A DNA stretch of 64,000 nt from NCBI GenBank assembly GCA_944324905.1, contig CALUYB010000002.1:17834-81833 (forward strand), read 5' to 3'. The stretch comes from Candidatus Gastranaerophilales bacterium (GTDB lineage Bacteria; Cyanobacteriota; Vampirovibrionia; Gastranaerophilales; Gastranaerophilaceae). Below the pieces are notes generated by a model. That model was not told the DNA's origin. It was given only the letters and a program-made list of their open reading frames with translations, and did not search any database. The translations under genes were made by a program, and so were the position numbers. Positions 19,228 through 28,971 of this stretch are shown piece after piece; positions within the stretch are counted from its first letter, which is position 1, and each line of letters starts with the position of its first letter.

Positions 19228-22200
19228 ATGCGTATTAAACAGTTAGAAATAGATAACTTTAAATCCTTTGCAAACCAATATACGATTCCGTTTTTGGATG
19301 GTTTTACTGTTGTTTCGGGGCCTAACGGCTCAGGCAAAAGTAATATTATTGACAGTATTTTGTTTGCACTTGGCTTGTCAAGCGCGCGTGCGCTGCGCTC
19401 AGAACAGGGTGTCGGGGATTTAATTACTACGCATAACAAAAGAAATGAAGCGTCTGTCAGGGTAACTTTTGCTCTTGATGATGAAGATGAACTTATAATT
19501 ACAAGAAAAATCAAGAGAACTTCTCAAGGTGTGCAGAGTATTTATTATATGAATGATAAACAATGCACACTGACGCAAATCCATACTGAGCTTGAAAAGT
19601 ACAATATTTCACCAAACAGCTACAATGTAATTATGCAAGGTGATGTTACAACAATTGCAAATTGCTCCCCAAAAGAAAGAAGGCAGTATTTAGATGAAAT
19701 AGCAGGTACTGCTGATTTTGACAGGAAAATTACAGCAGCGCAAAAAGAGCTCGAAACTGTTGAAGTTAGGGTGCAAAATTCCATGATTGTAAAAAATGAA
19801 AAAGACGCCAGACTGGAAGAACTCAAGGAAGAAAGAGAAACTGCACTAAAATATAAAGCTTTAAATGATGAAAAAACAGAACTTGAAGGCAAGGTTAATG
19901 TTATAAAATACTTTGATACAAAGCGTTCTTTAGATTTGGTTCATCAAAATATTTTAACTTCAACAAAAGAAATAAAAGTTCAAAATGTTCGCCTTGACGA
20001 AACTGTATCTAAAATTGAAGACAAGAAGGTTAAATACAAAGAAATTTGCGAGATGGTTCGCGCGCAAGGTGAAGACAAGCAGCTTGAGGTTAAAAAACTT
20101 TTAGAAGAAAAAAAGGGTGAGATAAGCCGAAAAGAAACCTCTATTGCGCACAGTGACAAACTTATTTTAGACAATAAAAAAACTGCTCAAAACGCTAAAA
20201 ACGGTATTGAAAATCTGACCCAAAAAAAAGAAGAAATTATAAAAGCAATTGAGGAAAAAGAGCAGCTTATAAAATCTAAAGAGGATGATTTAGAAAAGAA
20301 AAAAACAGAACTTTCTCAAATTCTTCTTGAAATGTCAGGGCTTAATAAAACAGCAGATGAACACATTGAGCGCAGAAACTTCTTAAGAAAAGAGCTGGAT
20401 GCCCTAAAAGATAAAGAAACAGAGCTTATAAAAACAAAACTTCCGCTTGAAAACGAGCTAAATAACCTTCAAAAAGAGCTAAACGAAACAAATAAAAAAA
20501 TAGAAGAACTTGAAGAAGGACAAAAAACCTTTGATAACAAGCGCGACAAACTTGAATTGCAAATTCAAACTTTGCAAAAAGAGCTTGAGGAGTGTAAAAC
20601 TGTTCAGAAAATAACTTTTGAAGATTTAGATAAAACACGCACTCAATTGCAGGACTTAGAGCATAATATTCAACTTTCGCACAGAAAAATAGCAACACTG
20701 GAGGCTAATAAGCAAGCTTATAAAACAGTTGCACTGGGTGCAGGTGTTGAAACAATCATGAATTCTCACCTTGAAGGAGTGCACGCACCTCTAATGCAGT
20801 TGGCAGAGGTTGATGGCGAGTTTAGTGACGCTATTGATGTTGCGATGGGTGGTCGTTCAAGATTTGTAGTAGTTGAAGATGAAAACGTTGCAGCACGTGC
20901 AATTCAAATATTAAAGTCACAAGGTCGCGACAGGGCAACGTTTTTACCGTTAAATAAAATCAAAAAAGCCCCCTCTCGCCTGTCTTTGCCAAAAGATGAA
21001 GGTGTTATTGATTTTGCAATAAATCTTATTGATTTTGATGACAAGTATATTGATGCTTTTTATTTTGCGCTGGGCGAGACGATTGTCGTTGAAAGCCTTG
21101 ACTGTGCCAAAAAATTAATGAGTAAATATAGAGTTGTTACACTCGAAGGGGATATTTTTGAAAAAACAGGTGCTATAACAGGTGGTGCAAGGAAAAGAGC
21201 AACTTCAACATTTGGAAAAGCAGAAGATAAGGAGCTTGAAACATTTAAAAAACGCTTAAGAGCTTTTGAAATTGAATACAAAGAGCTTGAGCAAAAAAGA
21301 AACACTTTAGACAAACGTCTGGAGCAGGTAAGAGCTGATTTTTCAAATGCGTCAAATGTTTATAACAGTGCAAAGTATGAGTTGCAAAATTTAATTAAAG
21401 TTAATTCAGGCGCAAAAGAGGCAATTGAAAAAGGCTTTGCAAGGATTAATGAAATAACCCCAAAAATCAAGGAAAATGAAAAGAAACTTGACTCTATGGA
21501 AGCGCAACACGTTGATATGCTTGATAAAATAACTCAAGTGCAAAGTGAAATAGATGAAGTTGAAAAGCTTATTGATGAAGGGGAGCTAAAAGAGTTAAAA
21601 GAAAAAACTCAAGGTGTTGAAAATCAAATACGTGATTTAGAGCGTGAAATTTTAAATATTCAAAACGACATTGAAAAAGAAAAAAATAATATAAAATTTC
21701 ACGATATGAGTATTAAACAAAGGCAAGATGATATTGTTCGCACAAGCGAAGAAAACGAAAAACTCGAAGAAGACAAGAAAAAATACGCAAAAGAAATTGA
21801 AGAACTTACAGTAGTATTAAAAGAATATGAAGAAAAAATTGAAGAACTTGGTAAAAACCTTGTTCAATTCCAAAAACAACGCGATGAGGCTCAAAATGAG
21901 CTTTTAGAGCTTGAGAAAACAAAAAATAATATTGAAGCTGAACTTGAGAGAATTAACGAACAAATTGAAAGCTCAAAAGCGCGCAGACGCGAGCTTGAAC
22001 CTTTGCTTGAGCAGACTGCAAGGGAATTAGAAGAAGCAGGGGTTAATGTAAAAGAAGTTGAGCCGACAGAAATTTCACTTGATGAAATTAATTCAAAAAT
22101 TCAAAAATTGCAAAAGAAAATGGAAGCGTTGGGTCTTGTAAATATGCGCGCAATCAATGACTATGACAATGTTGCAAGCGCGCTAAATGAATTGACCCAA

Positions 22201-22749
22201 AGAATTGAAACTCTTGAAAAAGAGCGTCTTGAAATTTTTGAGCGCATGAAGGGTTATGAGGTAAATAAAAAAGAAGAATTTTTGAAAACGTTTAATGCGG
22301 TAAATCAAAACTTTAAAGATGTTTTCCCACTGCTTTCAGAAGGTGAAGGGGAACTTGTTCTTGAAAATCCAAGTGATCCTTTCTCGGGTGGTTTGGTCTT
22401 TAAGGCAAGTATTCGCGATAAGAAAAATCAAAAACTTGCATCTATGTCAGGTGGTGAAAAAACCTTGACTGCGCTTGCTTTTGTGTTTGCAATTCAAAGG
22501 TATATGCCAGCACCATTTTACGCGTTTGACGAGGTAGATATGCACCTTGATGGCCCTAATGTTGAAAAATTAGCAAAAATGATTAACATTCAAGCAAAAC
22601 AGACGCAATTTGTGGTTGTAAGTTTAAGAAAACCAATGATTGATTCAGCAGACAGAATGATTGGTGTTACTCAGCGCGGCAAGGGTGTTACAAAAATTTC
22701 AGGTGTAGGTTTAAAAGAGGAAGTAGCTCAAGAAGTAGGAATAGCTTAG
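19228..22749 (+). CDS. smc: Chromosome segregation ATPase SMC
   Basis: 1173 aa. Walker A GPNGSGKSN, long coiled coils, a hinge (GVHAPLMQLAEV...), signature MSGGEKTLTALAF and Walker B FYAFDEVDMHLD. Confidence 0.95.
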   Translation: MRIKQLEIDNFKSFANQYTIPFLDGFTVVSGPNGSGKSNIIDSILFALGLSSARALRSEQGVGDLITTHNKRNEASVRVTFALDDEDELIITRKIKRTSQGVQSIYYMNDKQCTLTQIHTELEKYNISPNSYNVIMQGDVTTIANCSPKERRQYLDEIAGTADFDRKITAAQKELETVEVRVQNSMIVKNEKDARLEELKEERETALKYKALNDEKTELEGKVNVIKYFDTKRSLDLVHQNILTSTKEIKVQNVRLDETVSKIEDKKVKYKEICEMVRAQGEDKQLEVKKLLEEKKGEISRKETSIAHSDKLILDNKKTAQNAKNGIENLTQKKEEIIKAIEEKEQLIKSKEDDLEKKKTELSQILLEMSGLNKTADEHIERRNFLRKELDALKDKETELIKTKLPLENELNNLQKELNETNKKIEELEEGQKTFDNKRDKLELQIQTLQKELEECKTVQKITFEDLDKTRTQLQDLEHNIQLSHRKIATLEANKQAYKTVALGAGVETIMNSHLEGVHAPLMQLAEVDGEFSDAIDVAMGGRSRFVVVEDENVAARAIQILKSQGRDRATFLPLNKIKKAPSRLSLPKDEGVIDFAINLIDFDDKYIDAFYFALGETIVVESLDCAKKLMSKYRVVTLEGDIFEKTGAITGGARKRATSTFGKAEDKELETFKKRLRAFEIEYKELEQKRNTLDKRLEQVRADFSNASNVYNSAKYELQNLIKVNSGAKEAIEKGFARINEITPKIKENEKKLDSMEAQHVDMLDKITQVQSEIDEVEKLIDEGELKELKEKTQGVENQIRDLEREILNIQNDIEKEKNNIKFHDMSIKQRQDDIVRTSEENEKLEEDKKKYAKEIEELTVVLKEYEEKIEELGKNLVQFQKQRDEAQNELLELEKTKNNIEAELERINEQIESSKARRRELEPLLEQTARELEEAGVNVKEVEPTEISLDEINSKIQKLQKKMEALGLVNMRAINDYDNVASALNELTQRIETLEKERLEIFERMKGYEVNKKEEFLKTFNAVNQNFKDVFPLLSEGEGELVLENPSDPFSGGLVFKASIRDKKNQKLASMSGGEKTLTALAFVFAIQRYMPAPFYAFDEVDMHLDGPNVEKLAKMINIQAKQTQFVVVSLRKPMIDSADRMIGVTQRGKGVTKISGVGLKEEVAQEVGIA

Positions 22750-22750
22750 T

Positions 22751-23632
22751 ATGAACAACAGTGTGGAAAGTTTTTACAATAAAAATGATGAAGTTTTAAA
22801 AAATGTCGTAGAGCTTGACTCTACAGTAAATTTTGGTGAGAACTTTGAATTTATTTCAAAAAACGGTATCCAAAAAGACACTAACGTTGATGCTATTGAA
22901 ATCCTTGTAGATTTAGCTCGAAGCGGTAAAATTGACCCTTGGAATATTGATATTGTTGATTTGTATGACAAATATATGCAGCGCTTGAGCGAACTTAATA
23001 TTAAAGATTTAAAATCTGTAGGTAGAGCGCTTTTGTTTACCTCAATTCTTTTAAGATTAAAATCTAATATAATTGAAGGTATTACTTTAGATGACCTTGA
23101 AACAGGCGAAGATGAGTTTTTTGATGATGACGGTTTTGAAGCTGATTACGAGCCTGAGCAGTTGCAGTTGCCCTCGTCAAACGTAATTTCTTTCGATGAA
23201 GTTCTGCAAAGGCGCACAAGCGTTAGGTTAAACCGCAACAGAAACGTTACTTTAAAAGACTTAATCCGTCATTTGGAATTTTACGAGCAGTTAGAGAAAA
23301 AACAAAGCCTGAAAAATACTCTTGAGCGTCAAAAAAGACGTGTTCGCGATTATTCAAAACTAAAGGCAAAAGATATTTTAAATCTTGCGCATGACGAGTA
23401 CATTGAAACAATTGTTGAAAAAATGCGCCAAAATTTAGAGCAAATTTTTAAAAAAGAAGAAAAGATAGAGCTTCGAGAGTTGACACTTTTAGGTTTTGAC
23501 AAAAGCAGTGCTTATATTGCGGTTTTGTTTTTAATGGTAAAAGAAGATATAGATATTATTCAAGAAGATTTTTATGGCAAATTATACGTAACACGCGCTC
23601 AAAAATCATTGGAGGAAGAAGTTGCAAACTGA
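22751..23632 (+). CDS. scpA: Segregation and condensation protein A (kleisin)
   Basis: GKIDPWNIDIVDLYDKYMQRL motif; position between smc and scpB. Confidence 0.9.
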   Translation: MNNSVESFYNKNDEVLKNVVELDSTVNFGENFEFISKNGIQKDTNVDAIEILVDLARSGKIDPWNIDIVDLYDKYMQRLSELNIKDLKSVGRALLFTSILLRLKSNIIEGITLDDLETGEDEFFDDDGFEADYEPEQLQLPSSNVISFDEVLQRRTSVRLNRNRNVTLKDLIRHLEFYEQLEKKQSLKNTLERQKRRVRDYSKLKAKDILNLAHDEYIETIVEKMRQNLEQIFKKEEKIELRELTLLGFDKSSAYIAVLFLMVKEDIDIIQEDFYGKLYVTRAQKSLEEEVAN

Positions 23633-24152
23633 AGAAACAAATGAAATAAATAATCTAAAAGCAAAAGTTGAGGCAGTTTTGTTTGTAACTGCTCGTGCTA
23701 TGCAGCCTCTTGAAATAGCTGAACTTCTTGGTGTTCGTGAGGATGAAGTTGAAAGTGCGCTTTTAGATTTAATGTTTGACTATTCTTCTCGTGAAGGCGC
23801 TCTTGAGATTGATGATGAAGATGGTTATATTATACAAGTAAGAGCTGAACACCTTGATATTGTTGAAAAACTTTGCCCTGTAGATTTAAAACCTGCAGTA
23901 CTAAAAACTTTAACAGTAATTGCACTTAAGGAACCAATCAGACAGTCTGCGCTAAAAGAATTGCGCTCAAATGCCTATGAGCATGTGGCTGAACTTGTTG
24001 AAAAAGGACTTATTTCAAGAACAAAAGACAGGAACGGTCGTTCTTATAATTTAAAAACTACCCCAAAATTTGCAGAATATTTTAAACTTAAGGGGGATGC
24101 AAAAACTTTAGCCAAAATGCTGGACTCAAACAAAGAGCTAAAAGAATTGTAA
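23622..24152 (+). CDS. scpB: Segregation and condensation protein B
   Basis: TTG start overlapping scpA. VEAVLFVTARAMQPLEIAELLGV is a ScpB winged-helix N-terminus. Confidence 0.88.
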   Translation: MQTEETNEINNLKAKVEAVLFVTARAMQPLEIAELLGVREDEVESALLDLMFDYSSREGALEIDDEDGYIIQVRAEHLDIVEKLCPVDLKPAVLKTLTVIALKEPIRQSALKELRSNAYEHVAELVEKGLISRTKDRNGRSYNLKTTPKFAEYFKLKGDAKTLAKMLDSNKELKEL

Positions 24153-24238
24153 TTTTGCCTGTTGCATTTTGTTGGATATTTTTAGTATAATTTTAATGTC
24201 TTAATTGACATTGATATTAAAATTTTAAGGAGAACAAA

Positions 24239-24418
24239 ATGAAAGTTAAAATCGAAGAAGGCTGCATTGCTTGCGGCGCATGCGAATCATTCTGCCCTGA
24301 TGTTTTCAAAGTAGAAGATGTTGCCACAGTTAATGAAGCTGGTGTTGCAGGTAACGAAGACTGCGTTAAAGAAGCAGCTGACGCTTGCCCTGTAAGTGTT
24401 ATTTCTGTTGAAGAATAA
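24239..24418 (+). CDS. Small single-cluster [4Fe-4S] ferredoxin (59 aa)
   Basis: Below the ORF-track size cut-off. Translation is MKVKIEEGCIACGACESFCPDVFKV...DCVKEAADACPVSVISVEE, with a CxxCxxC...CP pattern. AAGGAGAACAAA lies upstream and a terminator hairpin follows directly. Confidence 0.8.
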   Translation: MKVKIEEGCIACGACESFCPDVFKVEDVATVNEAGVAGNEDCVKEAADACPVSVISVEE

Positions 24419-24434
24419 TAGCTTTTAAAAAGTT

Positions 24435-24472
24435 AATTGCGCCCAGAGTTTAGGCTTTGGGCGCAATTTTTT
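24435..24472. terminator. Bidirectional rho-independent terminator between the ferredoxin gene and the convergent membrane-protein gene
   Basis: AATTGCGCCCA (24435-24445) pairs with TGGGCGCAATT (24458-24468), followed by TTTTTT. The stop codon of the minus-strand gene lies in the loop. Confidence 0.75.
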
Positions 24473-25823
24473 CTCTAAAATTGTCAAAAGTAATATCAAG
24501 AGTAGGAATTTCTAAGTCTTGATTTTTAACGTTATGACGTTTTTGATATTCTTTATTTATTGCCTTGCCTATTGTGTTTGCAATAAATGTTGCAACCGCA
24601 CCAAAAGCAATTGCTTTCATGCCTGTATACATTTTCATTGTTGCAAAAGTTGTAGATAACATACCAAGCCCAAGTGGGACGCCGGTTGTAAGGGCTGCTT
24701 CAACTCTTTGGTTTTTATCTTCTGCCTGAGCCAAGTAAACGCCCAGCATGCCTGTTGTGCCTATCAAGCCTAAAATATCGTTTGGTGCGCTGCCTATTTT
24801 TACATCTCGAATTTTGTCGAATAAATCGTTACCTTCTGTTCTAATTGCATTGTTTAGTGACTTTTGTGCATTTGTTTTTGCATTAATTAGGTTGTTAAGC
24901 GTTTTTTCATCAACCGAGCTTCTTAATAAATCGATAATCTCATCATCATTTTTAAGTATCAAGTCGCGGTTTTCTCTTAGTTTATTAATGTAGGTTGCTT
25001 TTTGTGTTTTTACCATATCTTCTGCAACAAACTCACCAAAACCGCTTATGTCGTGTTCTTTAAACATTTTTTTAATAAGTGAAGTAAATTTATCTCTAAC
25101 TTCAACAGCAATTCCTCTATCGCCAATGTTGTCCATAATGTTTTCAATTTCTTTTGCTCTTGTTGAAACATTTTCGGCCATAAAGTTTTCTGCAATAATT
25201 TTATTTCTTTGAGCAATTTTAGCTTTTACGCTGTCGTCTGTTACATCTTTTAAAAGCTCCGCCAGTTTATTGTCAAAAATTTTGTAAGCGTTGTTTGCGC
25301 GCCTGTAAGCTGATTGCGTCATACTGACGCCTGTATTTGTGTACATTTGAGAAGTTTTCTGCGCAAAACCTCTTAAAATCGGGAATTTATTTAAAAATGG
25401 CAACAAATAGCAGTCTTTAATGTTTGCTGTGTTGTTTAAAAAGTTGCTGATTTTTAATATTTTACCTTCTCTTTTACTTAACGTAACATTTTCTTTTAAC
25501 TTTGTCATATTTAAAATATGATCACCGTTTTTGTTTATTTTTTCGCCAAGTATTTCTTTTACTTTTTTGTTAAAACCGCGCGCCCTTGTTAAAACGCTAA
25601 GTAGTGCAATTGCACCTGCTGCACCAATTGATATTTTTGCAATTAATGAGCGTTTTGACTTTGGCTTTTCTTCTTTTGTATCAGTTTTTTTATTGGTATT
25701 TTCAGCAGGAATTTCAACCACATCTTCTTTAACTTCTAAAGTTGGTTTTTTCTCATAAGTTAAATACTTCGGGTTAATTTGTGAATAGTCTGTATTGTTT
25801 TGTATTGGTGCGTTATTAATCAT
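24450..25823 (-). CDS. Hypothetical membrane protein: one N-proximal TM, long K/E/N-rich helical region, three C-terminal Gly/Ala-rich TM segments
   Basis: 457 aa. TM candidates are LIAKISIGAAGAIALLSVL, ILGLIGTTGMLGVYLA, TTGVPLGLGMLSTTFATM and AIAFGAVATFIANTIG. No family motif recognised. Confidence 0.6.
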   Translation of the reverse strand: MINNAPIQNNTDYSQINPKYLTYEKKPTLEVKEDVVEIPAENTNKKTDTKEEKPKSKRSLIAKISIGAAGAIALLSVLTRARGFNKKVKEILGEKINKNGDHILNMTKLKENVTLSKREGKILKISNFLNNTANIKDCYLLPFLNKFPILRGFAQKTSQMYTNTGVSMTQSAYRRANNAYKIFDNKLAELLKDVTDDSVKAKIAQRNKIIAENFMAENVSTRAKEIENIMDNIGDRGIAVEVRDKFTSLIKKMFKEHDISGFGEFVAEDMVKTQKATYINKLRENRDLILKNDDEIIDLLRSSVDEKTLNNLINAKTNAQKSLNNAIRTEGNDLFDKIRDVKIGSAPNDILGLIGTTGMLGVYLAQAEDKNQRVEAALTTGVPLGLGMLSTTFATMKMYTGMKAIAFGAVATFIANTIGKAINKEYQKRHNVKNQDLEIPTLDITFDNFREKIAPKA

Positions 25824-25885
25824 TACCTAATAAATATAGTTATATATTATATAAAAACTTGTGACTTGTAAAAATTGCCATAAGG

Positions 25886-26992
25886 TTATTTGTTGCGTCT
25901 TTTCTTTTTCTTTTTGTCTGCAAGTTTTTCTTCAAGGTCTGATTTTGCATTGTCTATTGAATATTTTGCAAGAGGTTTTTTTGTTCTTTTGTCATAAAAA
26001 ACAAGCCAGTGATGTTTTTTTCTGTCATTTACACAAAAAGACAATTTGCCCACCACTCTATCCCCCGGGCCTATATTTTTAAACCATAGGGATGTATCTC
26101 CAAAAGGGGATGGGAAAAAGGTTGATTTTGTATCATTTACAAGTGCTATATCAAAGGCTGAAAAGGTATTTTGTGTGTAGTTGTCAATTCCTAATGAAAG
26201 TGTTATTGTGTTATCTTCTCCAAATGGGTCTTTTTCATACACTACACTGTTTATTCTTACATTTAATCCATCAAGCCTTAGTTCTTCTTGCCTAAAAGCA
26301 TCTTTTGAAAAAACAGGCAAATCAACATCAGACATTACTTTTATTTTTAGTTCGTCCCCGGGTTGGATAAGCACCCCGTCGCCTTTTCTTAGTATTGCAA
26401 CAGTAAGCCCTGCAACCCCCCCTATTGCAGCACCACCTGCAAGAGTGTAACCGTTAGATGCAATTGCAGCCTCAATTCCAAGCATATTGAGTGCTACAAA
26501 GCCGCCAATTACGCCACCTGCAAGAGTATAACCCACATGTTCCCCTATAGCTTTTGCTGTACCTTTTGCAAGGTTTTCTCTTGTTGAAACAGACGCTTTA
26601 ATTGGAATTTGCCTGCCATCAGGAGTTACAAGGTAGTCAAAATCCATTACAATATAGCCATCTCGACCCATGTTTTTTGCCTCTTGCATGTACTGTACTT
26701 TACCATGAGCAATTGAGCCTTTTGGAATAATAATACCTTTGTCGCTTGTAACATCTTCCGATACTTCAGCAAAAAACTCGTCCCCTTCTTGCGTATAGCC
26801 TGAGCTTAAAACTTGCGACACAGTCATTTTTATAATGTCTTTTTGCTCAAGTTTTTCTACTTCGCCTGTAAATAATTTTTTATCAAGCTCCTCTTTTTTT
26901 GTGTCAGTATGCTCAATGTGACCCTCAATTGCAGCATGACACAAGGGTGTAAACATAAACATTATTAAAAGTAAGCAAATAAACCTTTTCAA
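25886..26992 (-). CDS. Hypothetical secreted protein with a central glycine-zipper segment and a beta-rich C-terminal domain
   Basis: Signal peptide MKRFICLLLIMFMFTPLCHA. Duplicated GYTLAGG(V/A)IGG glycine-zipper. Lys-rich tail KKKKKRRNK. Confidence 0.6.
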   Translation of the reverse strand: MKRFICLLLIMFMFTPLCHAAIEGHIEHTDTKKEELDKKLFTGEVEKLEQKDIIKMTVSQVLSSGYTQEGDEFFAEVSEDVTSDKGIIIPKGSIAHGKVQYMQEAKNMGRDGYIVMDFDYLVTPDGRQIPIKASVSTRENLAKGTAKAIGEHVGYTLAGGVIGGFVALNMLGIEAAIASNGYTLAGGAAIGGVAGLTVAILRKGDGVLIQPGDELKIKVMSDVDLPVFSKDAFRQEELRLDGLNVRINSVVYEKDPFGEDNTITLSLGIDNYTQNTFSAFDIALVNDTKSTFFPSPFGDTSLWFKNIGPGDRVVGKLSFCVNDRKKHHWLVFYDKRTKKPLAKYSIDNAKSDLEEKLADKKKKKRRNK

Positions 26993-27122
26993 AAACTCTC
27001 CCTAAATCCTTGTAATAACAATTATAATACAATAAAGCAGCTAAAACTACATAAAACTTAAAAAAATAGTTTAAAAGTATCAAATTATGCTAAAATACCC
27101 ATGAAATTTAGGAGGAGCAAGT

Positions 27123-27458
27123 ATGAGCGATAATTGTATTTTTTGTAAAATCGCAAATGGTCAAATACCAACAGACTTTGTATATGAAAGCAAAAATGTT
27201 GTTGTATTTAAGGATATAAATCCGCAAGCACCTGTACATTTGCTTGTTGTGCCTAAGGTTCATATTGAAACTTTAAATGATTTAAACGACAAAGAGCTAA
27301 GTGCTGAGCTTTTTTGCGCAATAAAAGAAGCAACAAAAAAGCTTGAAATAAGTGAGTATAGAACAGTAATAAATACAGGAAAAACCGCGGGGCAAGAAGT
27401 TTTTCACTTGCATATTCATGTTATGGCAGGCAGGGATTTTTCTTGGCCTGCAGGCTAA
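27123..27458 (+). CDS. HIT-family (histidine triad) nucleotide hydrolase
   Basis: 111 aa. CIFCKI N-terminus and HLHIHVMAG histidine triad. GGAGGAG ribosome-binding site. Confidence 0.9.
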   Translation: MSDNCIFCKIANGQIPTDFVYESKNVVVFKDINPQAPVHLLVVPKVHIETLNDLNDKELSAELFCAIKEATKKLEISEYRTVINTGKTAGQEVFHLHIHVMAGRDFSWPAG

Positions 27459-27542
27459 AAAAGTTAATTTTTGTAAAATGATTTTGATTTAGCGCAATAA
27501 CAACAAAAAAAATGCCTTATTTAAAATATAAGGAGGAAGTTT

Positions 27543-27698
27543 ATGTATAGTGAAAATTTTATGCGATATTTAATTGCATATCAAAATGAAGATTTAAAGC
27601 TGAGCGAACCTGAATTTAAAAAAGAAAAAAGACCTCTTATGATTGATTTAACAGGTGTAAAGTATGCTAGTGTTCCCATCAGAAATAGGGCAAAATAA
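27543..27698 (+). CDS. Candidate small protein (51 aa), unknown function
   Basis: ATG preceded by AAGGAGGAAG at ideal spacing. Translation is MYSENFMRYLIAYQNEDLKLSEPEFKKEKRPLMIDLTGVKYASVPIRNRAK. It overlaps the start of the next gene by 35 nt in another frame. Confidence 0.35.
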   Translation: MYSENFMRYLIAYQNEDLKLSEPEFKKEKRPLMIDLTGVKYASVPIRNRAK

Positions 27699-28227
27699 AA
27701 AATTAATCAGGCAATTTTGTAAAGAAAAAAGGCAAGAGCTTTTTTTAAGTGGTGAGCTGGATAAGATTTCAAAGTTAATTACAAATAATATTTTAAACTC
27801 TGAAATATTTAAAAATTCAAAACATATTATGCTGTTTTATCCCTTAAAAGATGAAATAAATCTTTTAGGGCTTTTAAAATGTCAGGATAAAATTTTTTAT
27901 TTTCCAAAGTGCGAAGGAAAAAATTTGCTTGTTTGCCCAAATTGTAATGAATTTAAAAATAATAAATATTCAATACCTGAGCCGATTTCAGAGCCTATTA
28001 AAAATCTGGAGATTTTAGACATTGTTTTTACACCAGCACTGTGTGTGGATGAAAATCTTTACAGATTAGGCTATGGCGGCGGTTATTATGACAGATTTTT
28101 TGCACAAAGAGATTTAAGGGCTAAAAAAATTGTGCCAATAAGCGAGAAATTTATTTGTAAAAATTTAGTGCATGAAAAATTTGACCTGCCTTGTGATGGA
28201 ATTGTTAGTGAATTTAAATTTCTATAA
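27664..28227 (+). CDS. 5-formyltetrahydrofolate cyclo-ligase
   Basis: KKLIRQFCKEKRQEL N-terminus and the family signature GYGGGYYDRF. Confidence 0.85.
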   Translation: MLVFPSEIGQNKKLIRQFCKEKRQELFLSGELDKISKLITNNILNSEIFKNSKHIMLFYPLKDEINLLGLLKCQDKIFYFPKCEGKNLLVCPNCNEFKNNKYSIPEPISEPIKNLEILDIVFTPALCVDENLYRLGYGGGYYDRFFAQRDLRAKKIVPISEKFICKNLVHEKFDLPCDGIVSEFKFL

Positions 28228-28311
28228 TATTAGCAATCATCAAGTCTTTGTGGCTAATTAAAATATTTAAATATCTGTTTTATTTTTGTCATGAAAAAAA
28301 AGGAGAAAATC

Positions 28312-28899
28312 ATGACAGCAAGGGAAATTGAAGGTACAAAAACTGAGCAAAATTTAATGAAAGCATTCATTGGCGAGTCAATGGCAAGAAACAGATACAC
28401 TTACTTTGCAAAAGTTGCAAAAGATGAGGGATATGAGCAAATAGCAGGTATTTTTCTTGAAACAGCAGACAACGAAAAAGAACATGCAAAAAGATTTTTT
28501 AAATTTTTTGGCAAAGATAACATACCAATTGAAATATCAGATATCATTTGCCCTACAGGCTTGAGTGACACAGTTGTAAATCTTGAAAATGCAATTAAGG
28601 GTGAACATGAGGAAAACACAAAACTTTACCCTGAATTTGCACGTATTGCAAGAGAAGAAGGGTTCGACTCAATTGCCGCTTGTTTTGAGGCAATTGTTTA
28701 CGCTGAGCGCGCCCATGAGAAAAGATATTTAGCTTTTTTAAATAACTTAAGAAACGACACAGTCTTTAAAAGAGATTATCCAATAACTTGGAAATGCAGA
28801 AATTGCGGCTATGCTGCAGAATCAGCTCAAGCACCGCAGGTTTGTCCTGCTTGTTTGCATCCTATGTCTTATTTTGAAGCTTACTGCGATAATTACTAA
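28312..28899 (+). CDS. rbr: Rubrerythrin
   Basis: GTKTEQNLMKAFIGESMARNRY diiron four-helix-bundle start, EHAKRF / E..H pairs, and a C-terminal rubredoxin-like CRNCGY...CPAC. The ATG at 28312 follows AAGGAGAAAATC. Confidence 0.9.
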   Translation: MTAREIEGTKTEQNLMKAFIGESMARNRYTYFAKVAKDEGYEQIAGIFLETADNEKEHAKRFFKFFGKDNIPIEISDIICPTGLSDTVVNLENAIKGEHEENTKLYPEFARIAREEGFDSIAACFEAIVYAERAHEKRYLAFLNNLRNDTVFKRDYPITWKCRNCGYAAESAQAPQVCPACLHPMSYFEAYCDNY

Positions 28900-28904
28900 A
28901 ATTG

Positions 28905-28948
28905 TAAAGCACTTAGAACAGATTGTTTTAAGTGCTTTATTTTGTTTT
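28905..28948 (+). terminator. Rho-independent terminator after rubrerythrin
   Basis: Perfect 11-bp stem TAAAGCACTTA / TAAGTGCTTTA (28905-28915 / 28929-28939) followed by TTTTGTTTT. Confidence 0.7.
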
Positions 28949-28971
28949 ATGTTTGTAATAACATTTGCAGT

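Noticed and set aside
27459-27663. 6S RNA upstream of the 5-formyl-THF cyclo-ligase gene (E. coli ssrS-ygfA synteny)
   Set aside because: The region is very AT-rich and has no extended closing stem or central bubble. A small ORF with a ribosome-binding site explains it better.
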